Below are positions 27,501 through 40,085 of a stretch of 63,947 bases of DNA, piece by piece. Source of the stretch: Lama glama (lineage: Eukaryota). Each line of letters starts with the position of its first letter. The first letter of the stretch is position 1. The stretch lies in NCBI GenBank assembly GCA_028534125.1, contig CM052816.1:44270001-44333947 (forward strand). The letters run 5' to 3'. The notes beneath the pieces are model-generated. The model saw only the letters and a list, made by a program, of their open reading frames with translations, had not been told where the DNA came from and did not search any database. The position numbers and the translations under genes were made by a program.

Positions 27501-29189
27501 AAAATAGTAGAGGTAGATTTAATGTGTGACAGACTTACTCTCATTTCAGATAAGCCAGTAGATTATTCATGCCCCTTAGGACACGTGAAATGTCTTAGGC
27601 CAATTTATTGAGATTGATTTAGTGTGTGTTTGGAGCGGAAGTTCAAGGAATGGAATGGCATTGTTCTTGCTATTATTCACCCCTACTATTAGCTTCATGG
27701 CTGAATCTGTATTTGATAATTTCCTAGAATAAAACATGGGACATACCAGTTTTTAAATGGCATATTATGTGCCTACTGTACAAAGAATCTCTGGCCTAGT
27801 ATATTTTAACACAGGAAACAAATCATGTTGAGCTTCTTTCCAACTCCTTCCTTGATTCATTACAGGAAACAGAAAGATATGTGGCAACATGCTTTGGAGG
27901 AATAAAAAGCATATTGACTTTCCCATCAGTTTCCAAAAACTTTGAAGCTAGATGCAAAAATGTGAGCTTCAAATGGCATGAAATATAAATAGAAACTTTT
28001 TAATGGTCAAATCGTAGTTTGTTTTAGTATGGCTTGTGCATTATGATCATGATTCAATTTTTTTTAATTCATATTTCTAAGAGTTTCACAAGCCATTTGA
28101 TTTATAGTATTTTTTTAATGCAAGTATATTCTGAAGGACATAATCTTTGAAAAGTTCCCCAAATTTTATTCTCAGTCAGTCAATAATCACTTGGTTAGTA
28201 AATTTACTTGACTAGTAAAACTTCAATTGATTTTATCATGGTGGCATCGTAACCATAAGGCAGAACTCAGAAAATCTGAAAAAAAGAAAAAACAGCTAAG
28301 CTGGTAGACATAATAGTAGCTTTCAAATACAAACAGTCTAGTTCTCTTGCCATGCATGTACTTATTTGTCTAAATCCCAACCTAGAAATTGAATCCTCCC
28401 AGAAACTGTTTCCACTCTACAACATTATTAAAAATTCTTAGTGAATACTATGCTAATTCTTCATTTCTCATATGCAAGGCATGTAAGAGATCATGAGCAA
28501 TTTTGTGGTTTAGTATGGCACAATTAAATGATTAGGTCAGCTGCCTATATATAGGGAGAGAGACAGAGAGCGAGAGAGAAAAACATTAGCTAGTAACGTA
28601 GTACAAACAGTGCCTGTAAACTCTATGCAGCATAGCTCTTGTACTGTGAGTCACTAAAAAGAGAATAACAATTATACACCTTCCTCAAAAAGTTGTTCCA
28701 GTGCAGCATGAAAATGCAGTAAAACAGTTAGCTCACCAAATTTTTTAAAAATCCTTCTTGAGTAGCCAAAGGTCTCAACTCCACCTGTCTCTAATAATCA
28801 GATGTGATTTAGACTTTATGCTTTACTGTATTTTAACTATATGGATATTTTAATCAATATCAATCACTGGACACAAGGAACCTAACTAGAAACAAAGTTT
28901 TTTCTTAGTTAGTTTCAGTAAGTTCTATGGGAGAAATGACAACAGAATACCCAAGAAAAGGAACACATGATACATAGTTCGTGGTGTCGTGAAGCAGCGA
29001 CCACGTAAAGACAGTTTTAAGGTAGAATCCTGTATGGTAAGCACTGTTATCAGACAACCTATTAGACAAGTTGTAGAAAAGCAGTCATTCATCCATCCAT
29101 AAGTATTTTCTCATATTTCCAAGCTCTTGAAGCAAACAAGTATATAATAGTTCCTAGTTCTTGATGTGCAAAGAGGAGTATGTGTAAAT

Positions 29190-29820
29190 ATAAAATGTAG
29201 CAGAACACCACAAGGGGTAGAAGCCGAAGTTCAGATATCACAGGCAAATAAAAAGCCAGCAGTATCATCAGGTATGCCTTTTTCTAGATATTCTCCTCTA
29301 AATACATGCAAGGGCAATATCTCTTCTAAGGAAAACCACTCCACCTACAGCCCTAGCTGGAGGGCCAGGCCAGTCTAGTGTCTTCATTCCTTCTCCAAGG
29401 CACAGCTGCGTAGGCCCGAGGCAGTATGAGTTGGTCTAGCAGGCTAGCATGCAGCTTGTGAAAGAGATCTGACGAGCGGCTTCCCTCAAATGCTCCAAGT
29501 ACAGCTCTCTGAAGCAGCTGCAACTGAGAGAAAACCGAAGCCATGAGCTAGAGGGGTGTGGAGAAGAGAAGACACAGACAGCGAAAACACAGCTAGACAT
29601 CATCATTAACGATGAGGCATTAATGTCATGATCCACATATCCTTGTGCGGAGTTCCATCCAGGGGACCTGAACCCAGTCCCAGTTATGGTGATTTTCCGG
29701 TTCTGCTATATTTTTTTTCCAAAGGAACTCTGCCCCTTCTTGAACAATAACTGCAACTGCCTCTCTCAAACAAACAAACCAGTAAGTCCTATTTGTATAC
29801 ATCCCAAAGAATCTAAAATG
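29190..29820 (+). mobile_element. Possible ancient LTR relic
   Basis: GC-richer ~600-bp island with MLT1/LTR16-like wording (gagaagacacagac...gacatcat; ...cccaaagaatctaa); family not recognised. Confidence 0.3.
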
Positions 29821-32476
29821 CCTGCTCAGACAGCAATGCCACCAAGAACGTTAGCTTGGAATACTCCTCTAATTCTTCTTTTCATCTCTATCATACCAGA
29901 TACTCACCTTCTTTTCCATTGAAGCTTATACAGATCTTACAGCCTCCTTCATATTTAACAGATGCTCCCCTCAAATTTTTACCATGTTCAGTGACAAGGT
30001 AGGAGAAATTGTTCCACTTGGTCATTAAGACACTTCTCCAATTTCCTTCCTACATGCTTTCTCTCCTTGATCTTTTTTTTTTAATCTGAACTATTCATTC
30101 TCCTTGCTCACAGTCAACCTGACTTCCTATTTTATGCAACCTTCAAGTTAACTGAGAATGAAACTAGTTAATTAGCATACGTGATTTTCCACCTCTAGAC
30201 TCTTCCAAGGAAATATAACAGGCATTGATATATGAAGAGGTAGATATATTAACCACCTTTATGTGCTGTTGAATCCTTTTATATTAATTACTACTCTACC
30301 TTATGTTTTATTCATATATGAAAATTGTTTGCATTAGCACATATTTTCCCAAAAAAATTATAAATAATGAAGGACTGAAATGCCTTATTAAACCAAATAA
30401 AACCTATTGCTCCATTAACTTATCTCCAAAAGTTAGTAGTTAAAGTAATACTAACTCTCTTCAAAGTAATGACATACAAATATGCACTAAAAACATTCAA
30501 AATGTTATTGCAATATTAGAAGAATTGCAAATTTGACTTATTATTCTGAAAGGCAACTAATAGTCTTCTAAGAAGTATTTTTTGTTTTTGTGGTTTTGAG
30601 ATGAGGGGGCATTTTGCAGAGAACATCATTTAGAGAAAGCAGGTAGTGTACATACAAGTGCCCTGTAAACTGTAAAGTGCTATAGAAATGTAAGAGGTGA
30701 AGCTCTCTCTCTTTTTCTAGAGACATGACTGTAAAAGTACAGAAACAAAGAGACTTTGGGAGCCTTAACATTCAAGACTTCAAAAAAAAGAGAGGACTTC
30801 TTGAATGTTCTTTTTAGAGCAAACGAATGACTAGTCTTCTCAAAATCCTATCATTTTCATGCCTTGTTACATTTAAACTGGTAACATACAATCTGTGCTT
30901 CTTCATAAGTCCTGATTGACAGCCTAATGGAACAGTCTGGTTCTCTGCCTTTCTGGATGATAAGTGTAAACAGTGTGGTTATCAGAAGGCAATACCCTAC
31001 CATTAGTGGGTCTCCCCATAGTCTTTCACAGCAATGAAAGTAATCTTGATATATTTACTTGCATGAAATGCTTGCCAGGAAACTCAGTCAAGGTGTTTGG
31101 AAAGGCACGTTTCTAGCTTGGAGACTTGACTGAAGCAGCCCCCGGGCACTGCAGTGTTCTGCATTAAGGAGCGCAGGTACATAATAGGGGACTCCCCCTG
31201 TTGGAAGGGACGAGAAGTAGTTTCTAGTCTGTACTGTTTTATTCCTGACATATGTTTTTAATCAACTGACTTCCCTCCAGACTTCTCAGGGTTAGTTTTC
31301 CCTAGTCTTGAATAACAATCCAACTTCCTGTTGTTGACGAAGAGAGGTGGGAATAGACCAAAAGAACACAGTAGCAGACTGGCTGGACTGGGACGAGACC
31401 CTGATTCTCCATAGGACCCTAATGGTCCTCCCTGAGATTTCAACAAATATCTCCTTTGGGCAAACTTCATAAACGTAGAGTGTTATAAAAATGTTAAGGG
31501 ATATTTAAACAGTAAGGAAAGGCATCATCTTATGTGAATGGAGATGGGACTTGATCCACTTTCATAATCTGGCTTCAGATGGGCACAAGGGAAGAGTAGA
31601 GGAAACATGACTATGGAAAGAGAAAACCACCACTGATGAGGCGGGAGGGTGGGCCTGGCTAAGCCAAGGAGTCAGAGGTGCAGAAGAGCACTGGGAAAGC
31701 TGCACTGCATCCATCCCACATCCCCCTCTCCTGGTAAGGAGAAACTGAGTTAATTTTAAATTTCTATTATGAAAGCTGGATGTGTGAAGCAGAAAGCAAT
31801 ACATTAAAAAAAAGACTAGCCAGCAGGAGAGAGGAGGCTCAGACAACTATTCTTTCCATTTTGTGTCTGGTTTATTCCTAATCATTAAAATTCAAGAGCT
31901 AAGAATTCCATCATAGACTACACACATAGTCCAAGCAAACATGGAGACTTCAGAAATTATCCAGCAAACCGTCAGAGCCTATTGTGAATTGAATCTTTCT
32001 CCTGTGCCCACTACATCTTCTAAGTAATGTTAGGGTGGGAGGAGTACTAACCACATCCTTTTCTCTGGTTTAATCACATTTTGATGACTCAGAATCTTTC
32101 AGACAAATTCTGGATCTGCCATGTCTCCTCCGTGTCCCTTTACTTCTCTCTAAAATGATACCTGCGAATATACATGACATGGTAGTTGTAGGCACAGACA
32201 TTAGAGATGCTTATGGATATCTTCTGTTCTTTGATGGTCTAGACTGCGAAGTGAATGATTGAACTAGTTCCTACATGGACAATATCAGAAGTGACATCAG
32301 ACTGATGGCCTTCCTGGGAGACCTGAAATCCCCTGCTCCTGCGGCAGCTAGTGGAAAAAGTGTTCTATGCACTGCTGGTTCTCCTAAAGAGCTTGACCAT
32401 CTTCTTATGTGGACTGGACCCCATCACAACGCTCCTTATCCATGAATCCAGTTGTTCTCAGGCCTGGGTCACTCAC

Positions 32477-32580
32477 CTTGAAGCATTTGATAACGCACAT
32501 CCAGTCTTGGCTGCAATCCTAACATCTGATCTCATCCCGACTCCAAAGGTACTTGAGAATTTCTAAGACATTTTCATAAC
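32477..32580 (-). other. Candidate internal non-coding exon (104 nt)
   Basis: Minus strand: attaac...catccttctattgttttag|GTTATG...CTTCAAG|gtgagtg; stop codons in all three frames. Confidence 0.35.
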
Positions 32581-33299
32581 CTAAAACAATAGAAGGATGG
32601 TTGCAATGTTAATTTGGGTTCTTTTTCACTCTCTCTCCAAGCAGTCACACCCTTTCTACTGTTACAGTTTCTACTGTAATTGCCTTAGATTGGGACTGAA
32701 CTGTCTGAAATTCTCCCTTACTGGAGTCTCAATTGAGAAAGAAGAGAAAGCCCCAGTGATGATGTCTTTCCTTTCTACCTTGGTGTCCACAGGACTCTAG
32801 TCTCGATAAGAAATCAAGATGCTCTTGTTTATTGGCATGCTTTCCCTAAAACTCTTCCCATAGTTTGCCAAGACTGCAGTTGTAAGCTCTCTGATTCCTC
32901 TTTTTTCTGAGCTTGGACATACCCCATGTCAATTTATTCACATTCCCAAGTACACTATTCATAGGAGGAATAGAGGATTTTTATTCAGGATTTCAAAAGT
33001 TTATATCATATAGTAGTCTAGGAAAGATTTTATGGTGAGTTAAAAAGGCTTTTTTTTTAGATTTTTTAAACTGCTATTTTCTTGATAAATCTAGGTTTTC
33101 AAAGCTATTGTTTTTCTTTCTATAGACTGACATAATTTTCTTTCAGATACGAAAAGCTAAATACTGACTCCACCTTTCTTTTTCATTCCTGATGCAAAAA
33201 CAGTAATTCTGCCTGAGATGAATGGACACCACTTGCAGAGTAGGATGGATATTAAGCACTAAGAAATGCACAAGAGAAAAAATACATATTAATACATTC

Positions 33300-33965
33300 T
33301 CCCAAAAATGTTCCATTACAGTGTCCAGAAAATAAAAAGACATAAAAGAGACTAGGAGAATATATTTAGGAAGCACATATATGAAAGGACTTGTATTCAA
33401 AATATATAAACTTTTCCAATTAAAATAAATAAGACCAACAAGACTGTTTAAAAGTGGGAAAAAATTTTAAAAACACACTTCACAAAGAAAATATGCAGTT
33501 GGCCACTCAGCACATAGAAAGGGGCTCAGCAAGTCACAACAGCAGGAATGAGCAACTGAAGCTACAGTAAAACCCCTCTATCCTTGAATTACTAAAATTG
33601 AAAAGATGCTCAGTATTGTGTCAACAAAGATACAGAACAATTAAAACTCTCATATTTTGCTGAGAGAATGCAGAGTGGGGTAGTCACCTTGAAAAACTGG
33701 CAGTTTCTCGTGAAGTTAACCAAATAGCTACTACATGATCAATCCACTCTACTCTTAGATATTGCCCCAAAGAAATGAAAACACATGTCTACATAAATAC
33801 CTGTAAGAAAATACTCATACTAGTTTTCTTACAATACTGGAAGCAACCAAAATGCCCATGAACTGATAAACAATAGTATATCCAGCGAAATGTTAGTCAA
33901 AAATAAAAAGGAACAAACTACTGATATGTACAACAAGATGGATGAATCTCAGAAGAATTATGCCC
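33300..33965 (+). mobile_element. Old L1 ORF2 3' fragment
   Basis: aaaggacttgtattcaaaatatataaa...gaagcaaccaaaatgcccat...ggatgaatctcagaagaattatg. Confidence 0.8.
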
Positions 33966-34029
33966 ACAGGCTACAGTCAGTTCCTATGTTCTCAAGCTAC
34001 ACTTACAACGTTATGTTTACATCTCCCCT

Positions 34030-34400
34030 GCCACCAGCTTATAAACAATTCGGCTTACCCTGCTTTCCCCAACCTTTCTCTTCTAGGCCAACATCTAGCA
34101 TCTTCCCATCATCTTTTGAAATCACATTCACATTACAACATTCAGCCTGTCATCAGTTTCCTACGTGGTTCTTTGTGCTCCTCATTGACCTTCACAGCAC
34201 TAGACGCTATAGCATTAGCATTGGATAGGCAGGCTCAATTCCTGGTGACACATAGCTTATTTCCTTGTGATAATTTGCATGGTTGGCTCCCCAAGAATGG
34301 GCTCCTGAAGATCAAGATCTTTGTTTGCTTTACCTGCTTATCCCCAGCGTCTCTTAGAGCAGGACACTGTGTAAGCTATGTACAAGATCTATGTAGTCAG
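34030..34400 (+). mobile_element. L2 relic
   Basis: gctcctgaagatcaagatctttgtttgctttacctgcttatccccagcg resembles the L2 3' end. Confidence 0.5.
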
Positions 34401-35204
34401 CGTCCAATCAGTGTCTCTTGGGTCTACTATGTGATTTCTTTGATTAACCAGAAAGACAGTGATATGAACTACACAATACATATAAAAACAATAAAGCTTT
34501 ATGATAGTGATTAATTTTGTTTTTCCATATTTATCCTAGTATATAGCTAGAACAATTGTGAAAGGAAAACCAATATAAATTTTCCTTCTAAAATTGGAAA
34601 AAATGATCTTAATTACATGCTGTTTCAAAATTGCAGAGAAATATTTTAGGTCCTTGAAACTTTCTAGGACATAACAGCTAATTTATTTACTTTTTAAAAC
34701 TATTCTTTTTATGAAAATATGAGGATTTAATTAAATTATAATTGACATACAATATCATATTAGTTTCAGGTATACATCTTCTAACTCAATATTTACATAC
34801 AGTTCAAAATGGTCACAATGATAAAGTCAGTTTACTGTGTGTCACCAGAGTTATTATAATACTATTACTGTATTCCCTATGTTGTACATGGTATCATTGT
34901 GACTTATTTATTTTATAATTTATTTTATGTAAGTATATTCCTCTTAATCCCCTTCACCTATTTCACTTCCCTATCTCCTTTCCTTCTGGCAACCACCAAT
35001 TTGTTTTCTGTGTCTGTGAGTCTCTTTCTGTTTTGTTTGTTCTTTTGTTTTGTTTTGTTTCTAGATTCCAGATATAAGTGAAATCACAAAGTAACTGTCT
35101 TTCTCTATTTGACTTATTTAGCATAAGAATATAATAGTTATATCCATGTCACAAGTGACAAGATTTCATTTTGTTTTAACAGACAAATAATATTCCATTA
35201 TATA

Positions 35205-37311
35205 ACCACATGATCATCTCAATAGATGCAGAAAAAGCATTTGATAAAATTCAACACCCATTTATGATTAAAAACTCTTACCAAAGTGGGTATAGAGGGA
35301 ACATATCTCAACATAATAAAAGCTATATATGACAAACCTACAGCCGGCATAGTACTCAACGGTGAAAAACTCAAAAGCTTCCCACTAAAATCTGGGACAA
35401 GACAAGGCTGCCCACTATCACCACTCCTATTCAACACAGTCTTGGAAGTCCTAGCCACAGCAATCAGGCAAGAGAGAGAAATAAAAGGGATCCACATTGG
35501 AAAAGAAGAGGTAAAAGTGTCACTATATGCAGATGACATGATACTATATATAGAAAACCCTAAATGGTCCACACAAAAACTACTAGAAATAATCAAAGAA
35601 TTCAGTAAGGTGGCAGGTTACAGGATTAATGTTCAAAAATCAGTTGCATTTCTTTACACTAACAATGAATCAACAGAAAAAGAAAGTAAAGAAACAATCC
35701 CCTTTAAAATATCACCCAAAGTAATAAAATATCTGGGAATAAATCTAACCAAGGAGGTGAAAGAATTATACACAGAAAACTATAAACCACTGATGAAGGA
35801 AATTAATTAAAGAAGACTTTAAAAATGGAAAGATATCCCATGCTCTTGGATTGGAAGAATCAATATTGTTAAAATGGTCACACTGCCCAAGGCAATCTGC
35901 AGATTTAATGCAATCCCTATCCAATTACCCAGGACATATTTCACAGAACTAGAACAAATCATAATAAAATTTATATGGAACCATCAAAGACCTAGAATTG
36001 CCAAAGCATTACTAAAGAGAAACAAAGAGGCTGGAGGAATAACTCTCCCAGACTTCAGGCAATACTATAGAGCGACAGTCATCAAGACAGCATGGTATTG
36101 GTACAAAAACAGACATATAGACCAATGGAACANNNNNNNNNNNNNNNNNNNNNNNNNNNNNNNNNNNNNNNNNNNNNNNNNNNNNNNNNNNNNNNNNNNN
36201 NNNNNNNNNNNNNNNNNNNNNNNNNNNNNNNNNNNNNNNNNNNNNNNNNNNNNNNNNNNNNNNNNNNNNNNNNNNNNNNNNNNNNNNNNNNNNNNNNNNN
36301 NNNNNNNNNNNNNNNNNNNNNNNNNNNNNNNNNNNNNNNNNNNNNNNNNNNNNNNNNNNNNNNNNNNNNNNNNNNNNNNNNNNNNNNNNNNNNNNNNNNN
36401 NNNNNNNNNNNNNNNNNNNNNNNNNNNNNNNNNNNNNNNNNNNNNNNNNNNNNNNNNNNNNNNNNNNNNNNNNNNNNNNNNNNNNNNNNNNNNNNNNNNN
36501 NNNNNNNNNNNNNNNNNNNNNNNNNNNNNNNNNNNNNNNNNNNNNNNNNNNNNNNNNNNNNNNNNNNNNNNNNNNNNNNNNNNNNNNNNNNNNNNNNNNN
36601 NNNNNNNNNNNNNNNNNNNNNNNNNNNNNNNNTGTGGAAAACAGTGTGGCGATTCCTCAAAAGACTAGGAATAGACTTACCATATGACCCAGGAATCCCG
36701 CTCCTGGGTATATATCCAGAAGGAACCCTACTTCAAAATGACACCTGCACCCCAGTATTCACAGCAGCACTATTTACAATAGCCAAGACATGGAAACAGC
36801 CTAAATGTCCATCAACAGATGACTGGATAAAGATGTGCTATATTTATACAATGGAATACTACTCAGCCATAAAAACCGACAACATAACGCCATTTGCAGC
36901 AACATGGATGCTCCTGGAGAATGTCATTCTAAGTGAAGTAAGCCAAAAAGAGACAGAAAAATACCATATGAGATCGCTCATATGTGGAATCTAAAAAAAG
37001 AAACAAAAGAAAAACAAAGCATAAATACAGAACAGAAATAGACTCATAGACATAGAATACAGACTTGTGGTTGCCAAGGGGGTGGGGGGTGGGTAGAGAT
37101 AGACTGGGATTTCAAAATTGTAGAACAGATAAACAAGATTATACTGTATAGCACAGGGAAATATATACAAGATCTTATGGTAGCTCACAGAGAAAGGAAT
37201 GTGACAATGAATATATATATATATGTTCATGTATAATTGAAAAATTGTGCTGTACACTGGAATTTGACACATTGTAAAGTGATTATAAATCAATAAAAAA
37301 CGTTAAAAAAA
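35205..37311 (+). mobile_element. Young lineage-specific L1, 5'-truncated, with TSD
   Basis: RT peptides ([22 protein letters not shown]), ORF2 C-terminus, 3'UTR and A-tail; 13-bp TSD attccattatata at 35192-35204 and 37312-37324; frameshifts at ~35270 and ~35805. Confidence 0.97.
36133..36632. other. Assembly gap, 500 N
   Basis: Run of N inside L1 ORF2. Confidence 1.
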
Positions 37312-38038
37312 ATTCCATTATATATATGTCAAAATTTCCTTATCCATTCATTTACTGATAGACACTTAGGTTGTTTCTACACCTTGGCTATTGTAAACAA
37401 TGCTGCAATAAACATAGGAGTACATATTTTCTTAGAACTAGTGTTTTTGTCTTTAGGGAATAAATACCAGAAAGTGGGATTGCAAGATCACATGGTAGTA
37501 ATTTTTAAAAATTTTTTGAGGAACCTCCATACTGTTTTCCATAGAAAACATTACATTCACACCAACAGTGCACCAGGGTTCTCTTTTATCCACATCCTTG
37601 CAACACTTGTGTTTTGTTTTGTTTTGTTAGATAATCACCCTTTTGACAGGTGTGAGGTGATACCTCATTGTGATTTTGATTTACATTTCCCTGATTATTA
37701 ATGATATTGATTAATGATGTTGAACAGCTTTTCATGTGCCTGTTGGCCATCTGTATATTGTCTTTGGAAAAACATCTATTCATGACTCTGATTATTTTTT
37801 AATCTGTTGTTTGGTTTTGATATTAAGTTGTATTAAATTCTTTCTATATTTTAGATATTAACCCTTTATCTGATACATAATTTAAAAATATTCAGTAGGT
37901 TACCTTTTTGTTTTGTTGAAAAAGGCTTTTGATGTAGTCCTATTCGCATATTTTTACTTCTGTTGCCCTTGCCTGAGAAGAAAGTTCCAAAATACATACA
38001 TATATATACATACATCCAAAATACATACATATATATAT

Positions 38039-38069
<31 letters not shown>

Positions 38070-38514
38070 TGCTAATCAATGTCAAAAAGCTTACTGTCTA
38101 TGTTTTTTTCTTAGGAGTTTTATGGCTTCAGGTCTTGCACTCATCTTTAGTAACTTTTAAATTTATTTTTGTATATTTTGTATATGGTATAAGATAGTGG
38201 TTCAGTCTGGTACTTTTGCATCTATCTGTCCAGTTTTCCTAACACCATTTATTGAAGAGACTTCTCCATTGTATATTCTTGCCTCCTTTTTTAAAATTTT
38301 TCTAGTTTCACATTGTTTGGGTCAGAAAAGATGCTTGATGATTTCAATCTTCTTAAATTTACTGAAACTTGTTTAATGGTCTAGCATGTAATCTATCCTG
38401 GAGAATGTTCCATGTTCATCTGAATGTGTATTCTCCATCTTTTAGATGGAATGTTTTCTATATATCAAGTCAACAATCAACATAGCTAACATTTTCATCT
38501 CTCCCCAAGAGGTG

Positions 38515-39632
38515 CAATTTTCAAATTCCCAACTTATCCCTTCCCACCCCCTTTATCTCCTGGTAACCAAGTTTGTTTTCTATCTCTGTGACTGCTTCTG
38601 TTTTGTAGATAAGTTAATTTGTGTCATTTATTTTTATTCCACATATAAGAGATATCATATGGCATTTTTCTTTTTCTTTCTGGCTTACTTCACTTAGAAT
38701 GACATTCTCTAGGTCCATCCATGTCGATGAAAATGCATTATTTTATTCTCTTTTATGATTGAATAGTATTCCATTATGTATGTGTCTGTACATATGTGTG
38801 TGTGTGTGTTTGTTTGTTTGTTTGTTTGTTTATAACCACATCTTCTTTATCCAGTCATTGTTGATGGACATTTGGGTTGTTTCCATATCTTGGCTATTGC
38901 AAATAGTGCTGCTATGAACATTGCGGTGCATCTATTTTTTTGAATTAGAATTCCCTCTGGATATATGCCCAGGAGTGGTATTACTGGATCATATGGTAAG
39001 TCTATTTTTAGTTTTTTAAGGACTCTCCATACTGTCCTCCATAGTGGCTGCACCAATTTATATCCCCACCGATAGTATAGGAGGGTTCTTTGTTCTCCAC
39101 ACCCTCTCCAGCATTTATCATTTGTAGACTTAAATGGTGGTCATTCTGACTGGTGTCGGGTGATAGCTCATTGTAGTTTTGATTTGCATTTCAACACCAT
39201 ATACAAAAACAGACTCAAAATGGATTAAAGACTTAAATGTAAGACCAGAGGAAAACACAGGCAGAATACTCTTGGACATAAATCACAGCAATATATTCTT
39301 TGAACCAGCTCCTGGAGTAACGGAAATAAAAGCAAAACTAAACAAATAGGATCTAATTAAATGTAAAAGCTTTTGCACAGCTAAGGATACCATCAACAAA
39401 ACGAAAGGACTGCCTATAGAATGGGAGAAAATATTTGCAAATGATGTGACTGACAAGGGACTAACTTCCAAAATATATGAACAGCTCATACACCTTAATG
39501 TCACAAAAAACAAGCAACCATTCAAAAAAAAATGGGCCGAAGACATAAATAGATCTCTCTCCAAAGACATCCAAATGGCCAACAAGCACAAGAAAAGATG
39601 CTCAACATCACTTATTGTTCGAGAAAGGCAAA
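38515..39632 (-). mobile_element. L1 with 5' inversion
   Basis: 38515-39192 is the ORF2 3' part on the minus strand (ORF 38847..39056); 39193-39632 is the immediately upstream ORF2 segment on the plus strand (ORF 39446..39652). Confidence 0.85.
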
Positions 39633-39649
39633 CCCCCAACCAATACTTT

Positions 39650-40085
39650 TAGATTCACAAATGTCTTTCCTTCGCATACAGCCATGGCACTTCTCAAACT
39701 GCTGTTATTTTCTGGGTCTCAAGGAAGGGAGGCCACGTGAAAACCTTTTTAAGAGGAGAATCTCAGTTTCCTACAGCACTTTGGGACCCTGGGATGTTAG
39801 CTCCATTGGTTTTCTGAGCCAGATGTTTCGGGGGCTCATCTCTCCAGTATAGGGCTCACTCACCGGTGTGCCTGATGTGGGATGCCAACCCCTCAGTCCT
39901 CTGGGAGAAGCACCCATCTGGTAAGACACTTCCGCACTGTGTGCTGCCGCACTGTGGGTGGGGTTTTTGCTGAGAGCATTTCTCCCTCTCTCCTACCCGT
40001 ATGTAGCTGTGTATTTGTTGTGTCCATGAGAGGAGATAAGTTTAGGCTCTTCCTATGCTGCCATCTTGAGCCATCCTCTATTCTC
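39650..40085 (-). mobile_element. L1 5'UTR fragment
   Basis: ctccattggttttctgagccagatgtttcgggggctcatc...gctgccatcttg (caagatggc YY1-type start on the minus strand). Confidence 0.7.

Larger units (their letters stand above)
34725..38470 (-). mobile_element. Older L1 (L1MA-like) hosting the young L1 at 35205-37311
   Basis: 3' end taattgacatacaatatcatattagtttcagg; text resumes colinearly after 37324; jumps to the endonuclease region at ~38290, implying a large internal deletion. Confidence 0.85.

Noticed and set aside
29353..29636. Minus-strand ORFs such as MASVFSQLQLLQRAVLGAF...
   Set aside because: No recognisable protein similarity, short, and inside a probable LTR relic.
29902..30070. Strong minus-strand donor AAG|GTGAGTA
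   Set aside because: No convincing acceptor at exon distance; the sequence looks like an L2 relic.
33942..34514. 190-aa plus-strand ORF
   Set aside because: Spans an L1/L2 relic junction; no domain recognised.
35874..36994. Long ORFs of 192-300 aa
   Set aside because: L1 ORF2 fragments bridged by the N gap; the element is truncated and frameshifted.
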